Program-made: the position numbers and the translations under genes | DNA from: Candidatus Latescibacterota bacterium | GTDB taxonomy: Bacteria; Latescibacterota; UBA2968; UBA8231 | Assembly (NCBI GenBank): GCA_965243025.1 | Contig: CBDETY010000003.1 | Coordinates: forward strand, 736,001 to 800,000 | Reading direction: 5' to 3' | DNA length: 64,000 nucleotides | The notes under the pieces: model-generated | Databases searched by the model: none | The model's input: only the letters and a program-made list of their open reading frames with translations | What the model was told of the DNA's origin: nothing | In this document: positions 48,782 through 58,534 of the stretch, piece by piece | How positions within the stretch are numbered: position 1 is the first letter of the stretch | Layout of the letters: each line of letters starts with the position of its first letter

Positions 48782-49869
48782 TGCCCACCCTCGTCGAGCG
48801 CTGCGGAACCCTGTTTCCCACCTCGGTGGTCGGCTCTCTGCCGCGGCCCGAGTACGTGCGCGAGATCGTCGCCGACGGCCGCCGGGAAGAGGGCTGGCAG
48901 CGGCGCCTCGACGCCGCCGTGGCCCACGCCGTCTCCCTGCAGGAGGCGGCAGGCCTCGACGTGATCTCCGACGGGGAGTGGCGGCGGGCCTCCTACATCG
49001 GCGTCATCGCCGAGCTCGCCGACGGGTTCGAGGTGAGCCGGACCGAGGACGGCCGTCCCTGGACGGTGGTCACCGGCGAGGTGTCGGTCCGGGACCAGGG
49101 CGTGGTGGCCGCCGAGGTCGAGCACCTGCGCTCGCTGACGGAGCGGCTGATCAAGGTGGCGCTGCCGTCGCCGGCCCTGCTGGCCGAGCGCATGTGGGAC
49201 GCCGACCTCTCGCTCGAAGCCTACGGGACGCCGCGCGCCTTCGCCGAGGCGGTGGCGCCGATCCTGCAGCGGGAGGCGGAGCTGGTGGTCGAAGCCGGGG
49301 CCGACATCGTTCAGGTGGACGACCCGCACCTGTGCCTTCTCGTCGATCAGGAGGTCCGCGCCCATTACGACAAGGACGATTGGGGCGCCGACGAGGAGGC
49401 TGCTTTCTCAGTCGAAATGGACAACGAGGTCCTCGTGGGCATCGCCGGCGAAGCCGTGCGCGCCGTGCACCTGTGCCGCAGAGCCGGCGCCAGAGTTCGG
49501 GGGGAGGCATACCACAGCGGCGGCTACGGCCCCATCGTGCCCGCCCTCGAGCAGCTCGACACCGACCACCTGACCCTGGAGTTCTCCAACCCCGGCGCCG
49601 GCGACGTGGAGGTGTTCGAGCAGCTCCCCGAACACCTCGAGATCGGCCTCGGATGCGTCAGCGTGCATCCGGGGGAGATCGACGACGCCGGGCAGATCGT
49701 GGAGCGCGTCGAGCAGGCCGCGGAGGTGATCGGCGCCGAGCGCATCGTCCTCAACCCGGACTGCGGCTTCGCCCCCGGGTCGGCGGCGCGGGTCGACCTC
49801 GACGAGGTCTACCGCAAGCTGCAGTACCAGGCCGAGGCCGCGGAGCGGCTCAGGCAGATCTACGGTTGA
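48781..49869 (+). CDS. Cobalamin-independent methionine synthase II (Meth_synt_2) family protein
   Basis: TSVVGSLPRP, SDGEWRR, QVDDPHLC, HLCRR, LNPDCGF; TGATG overlap with upstream gene. Confidence 0.9.
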   Translation: MPTLVERCGTLFPTSVVGSLPRPEYVREIVADGRREEGWQRRLDAAVAHAVSLQEAAGLDVISDGEWRRASYIGVIAELADGFEVSRTEDGRPWTVVTGEVSVRDQGVVAAEVEHLRSLTERLIKVALPSPALLAERMWDADLSLEAYGTPRAFAEAVAPILQREAELVVEAGADIVQVDDPHLCLLVDQEVRAHYDKDDWGADEEAAFSVEMDNEVLVGIAGEAVRAVHLCRRAGARVRGEAYHSGGYGPIVPALEQLDTDHLTLEFSNPGAGDVEVFEQLPEHLEIGLGCVSVHPGEIDDAGQIVERVEQAAEVIGAERIVLNPDCGFAPGSAARVDLDEVYRKLQYQAEAAERLRQIYG

Positions 49870-49905
49870 GCGGCGACCGGGGACGCATTTTGACAGGAGG
49901 AGATC

Positions 49906-50490
49906 ATGCAGATTTCTGAAGAGCTGCGGCAGTCGGTAATCCGCTCGTTGCCCGAGGCGAACGAAATCGGCGACGAAACCCTGCGGAACCAGGTGATCGA
50001 CGCGTGGGCGTACGCCCTCGGCAAGAGCTCGTTCAAATCGATTGACGAAATCCGCGCCTCGGGCAATCCCGACACGCCGCCGCTCAAGCGGGGAACACAG
50101 ACCCACCACATCCGCGGGGTAACCCTTCTTGCCATGCGCATCGGCGACGAACTGAAAGCGATGTTTCCCGAACTCCAGGTGAACCGCGACCTCCTGGTCG
50201 CCTGCGCCCTGTGCCACGACGTGGGCAAGCCGTGGGAGTTCGACCCGGAGAACCAGGCGCGCTGGCGGGAATCGCCCGGCGCCTCGGGGTTCCCCTCGAT
50301 CCGGCATCCCGGGTTCGGCGTGCATGTCTGCCTCACCGTCGGGCTTCCCGAAGCGGTCGCGCACGCCGCAGGCGCCCATTCGGGCGAGGGGGAGCTGGTC
50401 GTCCGCAGCCTGGAGAACACCATAGTGCACCATGCCGACTACGCCTTCTGGCGGGTGCTCGACGCCGGCGGTCTCCTGGAAGAGGCCTAG
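49906..50490 (+). CDS. HD domain phosphohydrolase
   Basis: H...LCHDVGK...RH...HS...HHAD; AGGAG RBS. Confidence 0.88.
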   Translation: MQISEELRQSVIRSLPEANEIGDETLRNQVIDAWAYALGKSSFKSIDEIRASGNPDTPPLKRGTQTHHIRGVTLLAMRIGDELKAMFPELQVNRDLLVACALCHDVGKPWEFDPENQARWRESPGASGFPSIRHPGFGVHVCLTVGLPEAVAHAAGAHSGEGELVVRSLENTIVHHADYAFWRVLDAGGLLEEA

Positions 50491-50535
50491 TCGCCGGTGG
50501 GTGGCGGCACCGGGAATGCGTGAGCCCGCCCTGAG

Positions 50536-52461
50536 TCACTCCGGGCCGGCGCCGACGTGCCGCTCGAGCCAGTCGAGGACGAGCCGGTAGTACTGGACGA
50601 CCATGCCCGGGTGCCCGGACCTCCAGAAAGAGTGGTTGCAGTCCGGCAACCTGACGAACTCGACGGTCTTGCCGAGGCGCTTCAGCGCGACGAAGTACTG
50701 CTCGCTCTGCTCGATGGGACAGCGCAGATCCTCCTCTCCGTGCAGCAGGAGCACGGGAGTGCGCACGTCGGGGGCGCAGGTGATGGGGGAACGGCGGAGG
50801 AACTCGTCCCGCGCTTCGGTGTACACGCCTCCCCAGTTGAGCTCTCCGAAACTCGTGCCGATGTCGGAGGTGCCGTACATGCTGTGCAGGTTGGCGCACA
50901 TCGAGCCGACGACGGCGGCCTTGAAGCGGTGATCGCGGCCGACTATCGAGGCGCCCATGAAGCCGCCGTAGCTGAACCCGTGCACGGCCATGCGGTCCTC
51001 GTCCACGCAGGGCCGCGCCGCCAGCTCGTCCACTGAGGCGAGGATGTCGAGGAAGTCCTCGCCGCCCCAGTCGCCGAGAACCGCCCTGGTGAACTCCGGG
51101 CCGTAGGTCGAGGAGCCGCGCGGGTTCACGGCCAGCACGATGTACCCGTTGCTCGCAAGGACCTGGTGCACGGGGTCGAAGTTGTCGGAGTAACGGCCGT
51201 TCGGCCCGCCGTGGATGTCCAGCACCACCGGGTATCTTTTCGCCCCGTCGAAGTCGGGAGGGAGCCGGACGCGCGACTCGATGTCGAAGCCGCGGCGGTG
51301 AATCGCGAACTTCGCCATGCGGGCAGGTGGTCGGCGGACGAGGTAGGGCTCGGAGTACGAAGTGATCGCCTGCAAAGCTCCGCTGTCGAGATCGACATGC
51401 ATCAGCTCTCCCGGCGAACTGGGGGACTGGGCGACGATGAGGGCATGCGAGGCGCTCGCGTCCGGGGAGAGGCTATCCAGGTGCATGCCGCCGCCGGTGA
51501 TGAGTCTGAAACCGCTGCCGTCGGGGTGGATGGAGCACACGAAATACTCTCCGCGGTGGGCGCCGACGAAAACGATGCCGCGTTCGGCGGTCCACCACAG
51601 CCCGCACTCCGGGACAGGCGTGTAGAGGCCGTCGGTGATCCTGCGAACCCTCCCTCCCGCATCGAGGACGTAGAGCCACGCCGAACGCGGGTCCCACATC
51701 TCCGGGTCGTGGCAGCCGATGGCCGCCAGCGACCCGCCGTCCGGAGACCACGCCGCCGCCCACACGTAGGGGAGACTCTGCGACCAGGAGACGGGCTCGC
51801 CGTCCGGCAGGGTCACCACCTTGACCTGCGTGTGGGAGGTGAAGTCGCGCCCCTCGATGTCATCAGATATGAAGGCGAGGGACCTTCCGTCCGGCGACCA
51901 CCCGGGCGACCAGTTATCCCCCTCGCCGTCCGTTACCCGGCGGGCGCCCCTCGACTCGACATCCACCAGGAACAGGTGCCGGAAGGCGTCGCCGGTATAC
52001 CCGCGGGCGTCGTGGCGGTAGCGGACGCGGCGGACGACGCGCACCCGGGGCAGGCCGGGCTCCTCGCCGTCCCCGGCGTCGGGGTCGACGGTCGAAACCG
52101 CGGCGATGCTGCCGCAGTCCGGGGAAAGGGCGAACCCTTCCACGCCGCCGGCCAGGTCGGTGATGCGCCGCGCTTCTCCGCCGTTCAGGGGAATCGTCCA
52201 GACCTGCTTTGCGCCGTTCTCCTCACGGAGGAAAAAGACCCGTTCGTTCTCGACGACAGGCGCGGTATCTTCGGGCCCTTCGGTCAGGGCGGAAGCTTCG
52301 TCGAATGGACGGCGTGAAACCATGACCCGCGCCTTGCGCTCCAGTTTATCCCGGTCGACCGTGGTTTCGACGAAAGCCAGCGCGGAGCCGTCGCCGGAAA
52401 GGTGGGGCTGGGAGACCGACGGGATTTCGAAGGTGTGATCCGCAGTGATGGGGAGAGGCAT
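50536..52461 (-). CDS. S9 family peptidase (dipeptidyl aminopeptidase/acylaminoacyl peptidase)
   Basis: WSPDG propeller repeats, IHGGP, NPRGS, GFSYGG, HGEEDLRC, His in NHS. Confidence 0.93.
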   Translation of the reverse strand: MPLPITADHTFEIPSVSQPHLSGDGSALAFVETTVDRDKLERKARVMVSRRPFDEASALTEGPEDTAPVVENERVFFLREENGAKQVWTIPLNGGEARRITDLAGGVEGFALSPDCGSIAAVSTVDPDAGDGEEPGLPRVRVVRRVRYRHDARGYTGDAFRHLFLVDVESRGARRVTDGEGDNWSPGWSPDGRSLAFISDDIEGRDFTSHTQVKVVTLPDGEPVSWSQSLPYVWAAAWSPDGGSLAAIGCHDPEMWDPRSAWLYVLDAGGRVRRITDGLYTPVPECGLWWTAERGIVFVGAHRGEYFVCSIHPDGSGFRLITGGGMHLDSLSPDASASHALIVAQSPSSPGELMHVDLDSGALQAITSYSEPYLVRRPPARMAKFAIHRRGFDIESRVRLPPDFDGAKRYPVVLDIHGGPNGRYSDNFDPVHQVLASNGYIVLAVNPRGSSTYGPEFTRAVLGDWGGEDFLDILASVDELAARPCVDEDRMAVHGFSYGGFMGASIVGRDHRFKAAVVGSMCANLHSMYGTSDIGTSFGELNWGGVYTEARDEFLRRSPITCAPDVRTPVLLLHGEEDLRCPIEQSEQYFVALKRLGKTVEFVRLPDCNHSFWRSGHPGMVVQYYRLVLDWLERHVGAGPE

Positions 52462-52568
52462 TTTCCTCCTTCGAATCAGGTGCGATTTCGAGTGTTCTGC
52501 CCCGTCAATATCTTGCAATTCTTCCGCTGCGTGCGACCGATGTGAAGAATTGACAGCAGGAGGGTGAG

Positions 52569-54320
52569 ATGAGTCGGCTCTTCATCTGGAGTCTGGTGGC
52601 GCTGCTTGCCGCCTGTGAGGGCAAACCGGGGCCGGTGGGCCCCCAGGGAGAGAAAGGGGAGCCGGGCCCGACCGGCTCCCAGGGCGAACAGGGCGAGCGG
52701 GGACCGGCCGGTGCTCAAGGTGACAAGGGTGACCAGGGTCCTGCGGGTCCTCAGGGGGAGCAAGGGGAACCGGGTCCGGAGGGTCCTCAGGGAGAGCGAG
52801 GGGAACAGGGTCCGGCGGGTCCTCAAGGTGAGGGAGGTGACCAGGGGCCTGCGGGGTCTCAAGGTGAGCGAGGGGAGCAGGGTCCTGCGGGTCCTCAAGG
52901 TGAGCGAGGGGAGCAGGGTCCTGCGGGTCCTCAGGGTGAGCAAGGGGACCAGGGGCCTGCAGGTCCTCAGGGGGACAAGGGTGACCAGGGTCCCCCCGGT
53001 GCTCAGGGTGAGAGGGGCGATCAGGGACCCGAGGGTCCTCAGGGCGAGCGAGGGGATCAGGGCCCGGCAGGTATTCAGGGTGAAAAAGGAGATCCGGGCC
53101 CCCCCGGTGCTCAGGGGGAAAAGGGCGATCCAGGGCCCGAGGGTCCCCAGGGAGAGACAGGGGAACAGGGTCCGGCGGGTCCCCAAGGTGAGACAGGGGA
53201 ACAAGGTCCTGCGGGTCCCCAAGGCGAGCAAGGGGACCAGGGTCCGGCAGGTATTCAGGGTGAAAAAGGAGATCCGGGCCCCCCCGGTGCTCAGGGGGAG
53301 AAGGGCGATCCAGGGCCCGAGGGTCCCCGGGGTGAGACAGGGGAACCGGGTCCGGCGGGTCCTCGAGGTGAAACAGGGGAACAGGGTCCCCGCGGCCCTC
53401 AGGGGGAGCAAGGGGAGCCGGGGCCTCAGGGGCCGCCCGGGGTCGCCGGCGAGCTCGGAGGGTTCCTGAACTGGGCGGACGTAATCGAACAGTCCGGACT
53501 GGATCAGGCCATCTACGCCATCGGCTTCGAGGTCTTCGACACGAACTACCTGATCGGTACCGGATTCAGTGCCCACTATACGAACGCGATCTGGACCAAC
53601 GCCCACGTCGTTCAGGGGCTTATCGACCTCCTCGATGAATTACAGGAACACGATCCGCATCCCTTTGCGGTGAAGTCGGGAACGAGAATCGGCGGGACGG
53701 AGACCCATGAGTTGCGGTCCTACCTGGAACACCCCGCCTACGACGGCTCGACCCAGTCCCCCGATATCGGAGTGCTCATCGTGGAAAAGGAATTCACCGG
53801 CGGGCCGTCCTTTCTCCCGCGCGAGATGACCTACGGGCTCCGCGTGGGCCAGCCTGTTGCCACCATGGGTTTCCCCGGGGAAATCGCGGCGCTCAACACG
53901 ATGGTACCGCTTGCCACCTTCAAGGACGGAACGATCAGCGCCCTGCGGCCGTTTCGCCCGGAAGCCGAGGCCGTCACTCCTGAGAACAGCCGCTTCGTGC
54001 AGCACAATCTCGACTTGTCGGGCGGCACGAGCGGAAGCCCCATCTTCGACCACCAGGGGTGGATCGTGGCGGTCAACAACGCCGGAACGGAGGCTCTGGT
54101 CATCGACCAGAGATCGGGCGAACCAAGGCGGGTGCCGTCCGGCAACATCGGGTTCGGCATCAGGGTAGACGAGGCGTGGGATTTCATAGAGTGGGAACGG
54201 GACGCCGGCTCGGCGAAAGCAATCGCCGGACACAGGCCCGTTGCCTTGAAGGAAGCTTCCCCGAGGCCCTATCCGTATCCCGCCTACCGCCCCTTTCCTC
54301 CCGACTGGGAGGGAAGGTAG
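52569..54320 (+). CDS. Lipoprotein with collagen triple-helix stalk and C-terminal trypsin-like serine protease
   Basis: Lipobox LAAC; 93 uninterrupted GXY triplets; TNAH / PDIG / GGTSGSP catalytic triad. Confidence 0.92.
   Translation: MSRLFIWSLVALLAACEGKPGPVGPQGEKGEPGPTGSQGEQGERGPAGAQGDKGDQGPAGPQGEQGEPGPEGPQGERGEQGPAGPQGEGGDQGPAGSQGERGEQGPAGPQGERGEQGPAGPQGEQGDQGPAGPQGDKGDQGPPGAQGERGDQGPEGPQGERGDQGPAGIQGEKGDPGPPGAQGEKGDPGPEGPQGETGEQGPAGPQGETGEQGPAGPQGEQGDQGPAGIQGEKGDPGPPGAQGEKGDPGPEGPRGETGEPGPAGPRGETGEQGPRGPQGEQGEPGPQGPPGVAGELGGFLNWADVIEQSGLDQAIYAIGFEVFDTNYLIGTGFSAHYTNAIWTNAHVVQGLIDLLDELQEHDPHPFAVKSGTRIGGTETHELRSYLEHPAYDGSTQSPDIGVLIVEKEFTGGPSFLPREMTYGLRVGQPVATMGFPGEIAALNTMVPLATFKDGTISALRPFRPEAEAVTPENSRFVQHNLDLSGGTSGSPIFDHQGWIVAVNNAGTEALVIDQRSGEPRRVPSGNIGFGIRVDEAWDFIEWERDAGSAKAIAGHRPVALKEASPRPYPYPAYRPFPPDWEGR
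52620..53456 (+). repeat. Collagen-coding tandem repeat (9/36-nt period, 180-nt higher-order duplication)
   Basis: (GPx GxQ GEx G[DE][QP])n; 53064-53148 and 53244-53328 differ at one base. Confidence 0.92.
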
Positions 54321-54380
54321 TTACCGGGGAGCTCGCTGTACGGGCTCCGGGACATTCAGACACAATACGAGGAGGAGAGC

Positions 54381-55355
54381 ATGGAATACGTCAATTTCGG
54401 CCGTTCCGGCCTGAAGGTGTCGCGCCTGGCCTACGGCCTGGGCCTGCGCGGGCAGGACGACGCCGGCGAGGCGGAACGCGCCATCGAGAGGGGCATCGAG
54501 CTCGGGATCAACTTCATCGACTGTGCCAACATCTACGGCCTCGGGGACGGCTACGAGACCCGCGGAACGTCGGAGCAGCTGCTCGCCCGCGTCCTCAAGC
54601 GGCACCGCGACGACCTCGTGGTCACCTCGAAGGTCGCCAGCCGCATCGGCGAGGGGCCGAACGACGCCGGCCTGTCCCGCTATCACATCATGCGCGAGAT
54701 CGACCGCACCCTTGCCCGCCTCGAGACCGATCACATCGACGTCTACATCCTGCACGTGTACGACGAGGAGACGCCCCTCGAGGAGACCCTGCGCGCCCTC
54801 GACGACGTCGTGCGCGCCGGCAAGACCCGCTACGTCGGCGTCTCCAACTTCCAGGCCTGGCAGGTGCTCAAGGCGCTGTGGACGCAGGACCGCCTCAGGC
54901 TCGATCCCCTGATCTGCATCCAGAACCCCTACAACCTCCTCAACCGCGAGCTGGAGGGGGAGATGTGGCCGGCGCAGCGCGACCAGGGGTTCGGGGTGAT
55001 GACCTACAGCCCCCTCGGGGTGGGCCTGCTCTCCGGTGTGTACACCCCGGGGCAGCCTCCGCCTGAAGGCACCCTCTACGCCAGGGGCCGCGCCGGCAAC
55101 CTGGAGAAGGATCTCAACGAGGGGCGCCGGACCCTGGAGATCCTGCGGGAGATCGCCGGCGCCCACGGCCGCACCGTGGCGCAGACGGCGATCAACTGGG
55201 TGCTGTCCCACCCGGAGGTGACGGCGGCCATAACCGGGGGCGACACGGTGGCCCACATGGAGGAGAACGCCGGGGCCGCGGGCTGGTCGATCACGCCGGA
55301 GGACCGGGCGCGACTCGACGAGGCCTCGTCAGGACAGGACCGGGTGTTGGACTGA
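54381..55355 (+). CDS. Aldo/keto reductase
   Basis: GRSGLKVSRL, GINFIDCANIYG, SK, LETDHID, GVSNF, QNPYNLL, YSPLG. Confidence 0.93.
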   Translation: MEYVNFGRSGLKVSRLAYGLGLRGQDDAGEAERAIERGIELGINFIDCANIYGLGDGYETRGTSEQLLARVLKRHRDDLVVTSKVASRIGEGPNDAGLSRYHIMREIDRTLARLETDHIDVYILHVYDEETPLEETLRALDDVVRAGKTRYVGVSNFQAWQVLKALWTQDRLRLDPLICIQNPYNLLNRELEGEMWPAQRDQGFGVMTYSPLGVGLLSGVYTPGQPPPEGTLYARGRAGNLEKDLNEGRRTLEILREIAGAHGRTVAQTAINWVLSHPEVTAAITGGDTVAHMEENAGAAGWSITPEDRARLDEASSGQDRVLD

Positions 55356-55539
55356 CTGCGGCCCTCGGCAGGGGGCATCGACTCACAGGCTGCGCATCCC
55401 GCGGCCTCCGAGGTTTGGGTATACGGCGCGCGCCGGCCTGGCGGCGTCGGCGGGAGACAGGCAGCGATTTACCATACAGATCGGACACGTCGCTGTCTTC
55501 CGGAACCCCCGTCGGTTCAAAGCGGTCAAACGGCGTCTC

Positions 55540-55773
55540 ATGGAATTCCGTCACGGAGAAGATGGGGGATCCGCCAACCACGGCGCCGCCTCCGTGCGCG
55601 CCCCCATCGACGAGGCGTACGTCACGGCCGGGGGCCGCACGGTGCTGATCCGGGACTACGCCCACGACTGCTTTGACGATATCGACCTGGACCGCGCAAA
55701 TGCCCTGATGATCGACGGGCAGACGCGGTACCACTGGACGGACCGGGTGACAGGGGCGGGACTCGGGCTTTAG
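55540..55773 (+). CDS. Small hypothetical ORF or gene fragment
   Basis: 77 aa with coding-like codon usage in the second half; no clear RBS. Confidence 0.3.
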   Translation: MEFRHGEDGGSANHGAASVRAPIDEAYVTAGGRTVLIRDYAHDCFDDIDLDRANALMIDGQTRYHWTDRVTGAGLGL

Positions 55774-55861
55774 GGTTACAGGCGCTCACCCCGAACCCCC
55801 GCCGGCAGTTTTTCCTCCCTCACATCTCCCCGACAGGCTCGCCAGGACCACCGCGGAACCC

Positions 55862-55899
55862 TTGACTTCAACACACATAATGTGTAATGTATACGACAC
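55862..55899 (+). promoter_or_regulatory. sigma70-like promoter with palindromic operator; leaderless start
   Basis: TTGACT (55862-67), 17-nt spacer, TAATGT (55885-90); ACACAT-A-ATGTGT palindrome 55873-55885; no SD before ATG 55900. Confidence 0.65.
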
Positions 55900-56253
55900 A
55901 TGACACATTTCGGCGAAACCATCCGCAGGATGCGTGAGGGTCTGCGCAGGGAGGACGCCCGTTTCTCGCTGCGTCAGGTGGCCGGTCGGGTGGGTATCGA
56001 ACCGGCCTATCTGAGCAAGATCGAGCGCGGCGACGTGGCCCCGCCCTCGGAAGCCACGACGGTGCAGCTGGCGCGGGAACTTGGCGCGGACCCGGACCTG
56101 CTGCTTGCGCTTGCGGGGAAGGTCTCCGCCGACCTGCAGGAGATCATCCGCAAACGGCCCGTTCTGTTCGCCGAATTGATCAGACAGCTCAAGGAGGCGC
56201 CGGACGACGCCATCCTCCGGGTGGTGCGCGAGGTGCGGGACGGCGACTGGTGA
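55900..56253 (+). CDS. XRE-family HTH transcriptional regulator
   Basis: FGETIRRMR..SLRQVAGRVGIEPAYLSKIERG..PPSE. Confidence 0.92.
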   Translation: MTHFGETIRRMREGLRREDARFSLRQVAGRVGIEPAYLSKIERGDVAPPSEATTVQLARELGADPDLLLALAGKVSADLQEIIRKRPVLFAELIRQLKEAPDDAILRVVREVRDGDW

Positions 56254-56279
56254 TGGAACAGCGAGGAGAAAGCGAACAG

Positions 56280-57278
56280 ATGATCACGCTTGAGAACGAT
56301 CGGTTGCACTTCCGATTTCCCGATGTCCACGAGCAGGCCCACTGCACGATTTCGTTCCAGCGCACGCTGCGCATCCCGGATGACGGGGAGTCCTATCCGC
56401 TGCCGCCGGGCTTCGGCGACTTCCCACTGCGGCACGTTGACGACTACGCACGGCGCCTGCGGGGGGAATGGCTTCGTCGCGGCGGAGTCCTCATGCCCAT
56501 GCATCAGGCCGAGGCCATGTGGGTAAGTTTCCACTCCCGGTCAGATGGACTGACTTATCCCTTTGCGGTCAAGATCGCCACCGGCAAGGTGTGCGCGGTC
56601 AGCGGCGACGCATGGGCGAACCACCTGAACCAGGATCCACAGGACTACGTCGTCCTGCCCAAGCAGCCCTGGCTCGACGGGTACTGCGTCGAGAAGGGCA
56701 TGATACGGCAGTTCGTCGCCATGCCCCTGGGAGGGGACTACACCGTGGAGGAACAATTGACGGGAACCAGCGAGCATGGAGGGGTACAGATCATCGCCTG
56801 TCCGATGAAACGTGACCGTTACGAAGCGCTTATCGCGCCTCAAGTTCTCTCCCGGGAAAGGGTTTTTCATATGAGTTACATGGAGCACGAGGCAGCGATG
56901 GGGTTGGCGCCGGGAGGAAAAATGAGACAGGAGATCTATGAGGATCCATATGGCCTGGACGCCTGGGACCAGCGGCACGCGAGCCGGTGCTTCATCACGA
57001 TCGCGAATTCCACTCAGTGGATGGCGATGACGGGCGAACGCCCGCCCACCGAGCCCCCGACTGCGGGGGACTACGCCGAGGCGGATCTGCCGTGGTTCGA
57101 ATACTACGGTGGCGACACCGAAGCCTTGGATGGCGCGGAGAAGTTAATGGCCCTGGAGAGCGTTTCCGAAGTCGCCGGGAAAAAGGGAGAGAAGCCGCTG
57201 CCGGAGAATGAATCCCTTGCCGAGATCCGCGTGGTTCGGATTCGGGAGAAGGGCGCGGGCCCGGTGCGCGAACCGTAG
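56280..57278 (+). CDS. Conserved uncharacterised protein (FQRTLRIPDD / QPWLDG / QFVAMPLG family)
   Basis: Clean ORF, GAGGAG RBS before ATG 56280 (alternative coupled start 56250/56253). Confidence 0.8.
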   Translation: MITLENDRLHFRFPDVHEQAHCTISFQRTLRIPDDGESYPLPPGFGDFPLRHVDDYARRLRGEWLRRGGVLMPMHQAEAMWVSFHSRSDGLTYPFAVKIATGKVCAVSGDAWANHLNQDPQDYVVLPKQPWLDGYCVEKGMIRQFVAMPLGGDYTVEEQLTGTSEHGGVQIIACPMKRDRYEALIAPQVLSRERVFHMSYMEHEAAMGLAPGGKMRQEIYEDPYGLDAWDQRHASRCFITIANSTQWMAMTGERPPTEPPTAGDYAEADLPWFEYYGGDTEALDGAEKLMALESVSEVAGKKGEKPLPENESLAEIRVVRIREKGAGPVREP

Positions 57279-57332
57279 GCGCCCCGGACCGTCCCGGAAC
57301 CCGCGATTCCGGTCAGCTCCACTACCACCAGC

Positions 57333-58444
57333 TCACCCCCCCGCCTGCAGCCGCCGAACCCGCGCCGGCAGGTCGTCCTCCAGCGCTTCCGCCGATACGA
57401 TGCCGAGGGAGCGGTCCTCCAGCGGCAGGTCGACCCGGACGAACCCGCGGCGGTGCGACTCCCGCAGCGCCAGGGCGACCTCGAGGGCGTCGCGCGCGTC
57501 CGCCCCTGAGCAGCGGGGCTTGCTCCCGGCCTCGGACGACCGGACGATGTCGTCGATGATGGTCGGCCCCATCCCCTCGATCCGCGTCGGGTAAGGGAAG
57601 GGCAGCTGCGCCGCCTGCGTGCCTCCCGGGGGCCGCCCGGGACCGGCTTCCACAGCTCGAACTGCAGGTTGCTCTCGACCACGCGGATCCTCCCCCCGGT
57701 CCCGAGGACGTCGAACTCCCGCCCGGTGACCGGCCCGCATTCGATCGAGCGCAGGAACCCGCGCACGCCGTTGTCGAACGCCAGGTACCCGTTCCCCTGC
57801 GGGTCCTCCTCCCCGAAGGCCGCCTCGTCGGACTCGATCTCCCCGAACACCCAGCGCACGTTGCCGTCGGCGGCGAGAAAGCGCATGGCGTCGATGCCGT
57901 GGCTGCCGTTGTGGGACAGGCCGCACAGGTAGTAGGCCGTCACCTGCAGCACCTCCCCGATCTCCCCGGCCATGATCAGCTCGCGGGCGCTGGCGTAGTG
58001 GGGGTTCCAGCGCCGCGCGCAGTTGACGGCCAGGGTGACGCCGTTGGCGGCGCAGACTTCGACCATGCGGTCCGCCTGGGCAAGGGTCAGGGCGACCGGC
58101 TTCTCCGCCCAGATCGCGGTCACTCCCGAGTTCGCCGCGGTCTCGACGATCTCCGCCCGCGGCCTGGCGCTGGTGCAGACGCTGACGATGTCGGGCTTCT
58201 CCTTGTCGAGCAGCTCCCGGTAGTCGGCGTACACGTGCCCCTCGAGGCCCCAGCGCTCCGCGTATATCGAGCGCTGTTCGTCGTGCGGGTCGGCGCCTGC
58301 GACCAGCTCGGTGTGCGGCGAGGCGAGGTAGGCCGGGGTGTGGCAGTACGGCAGGTACACGGCCCCGCCGCTGGTGCGCTCGTCGTCGAAGGTGCTGCCC
58401 ATGCGCCCTAGGCCGATAACCGCGGCGCGGAGCGGTGCGCTCAT
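57333..58444 (-). pseudogene. Gfo/Idh/MocA oxidoreductase interrupted by a single-base frameshift (or sequencing error)
   Basis: IGLGRMG, WAEKP, HNGSH in one frame; C-terminal 'ALEVALALRESH..LPLEDRSL' in another; shift at C/G runs near 57625-57633. Confidence 0.8.
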
Positions 58445-58534
58445 TTCAGAATCTCCTGAGAATCTCGATGTGGTTGATGCCCGGTCCTTCCGGATTGACG
58501 GATCGAGCTCGTTTCCGGTCCCGGTTTCCTCCGT

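Noticed and set aside
52620-53456. 36-nt periodic repeat resembling a CRISPR array
   Set aside because: No unique spacers and no cas genes; it is in-frame collagen coding sequence
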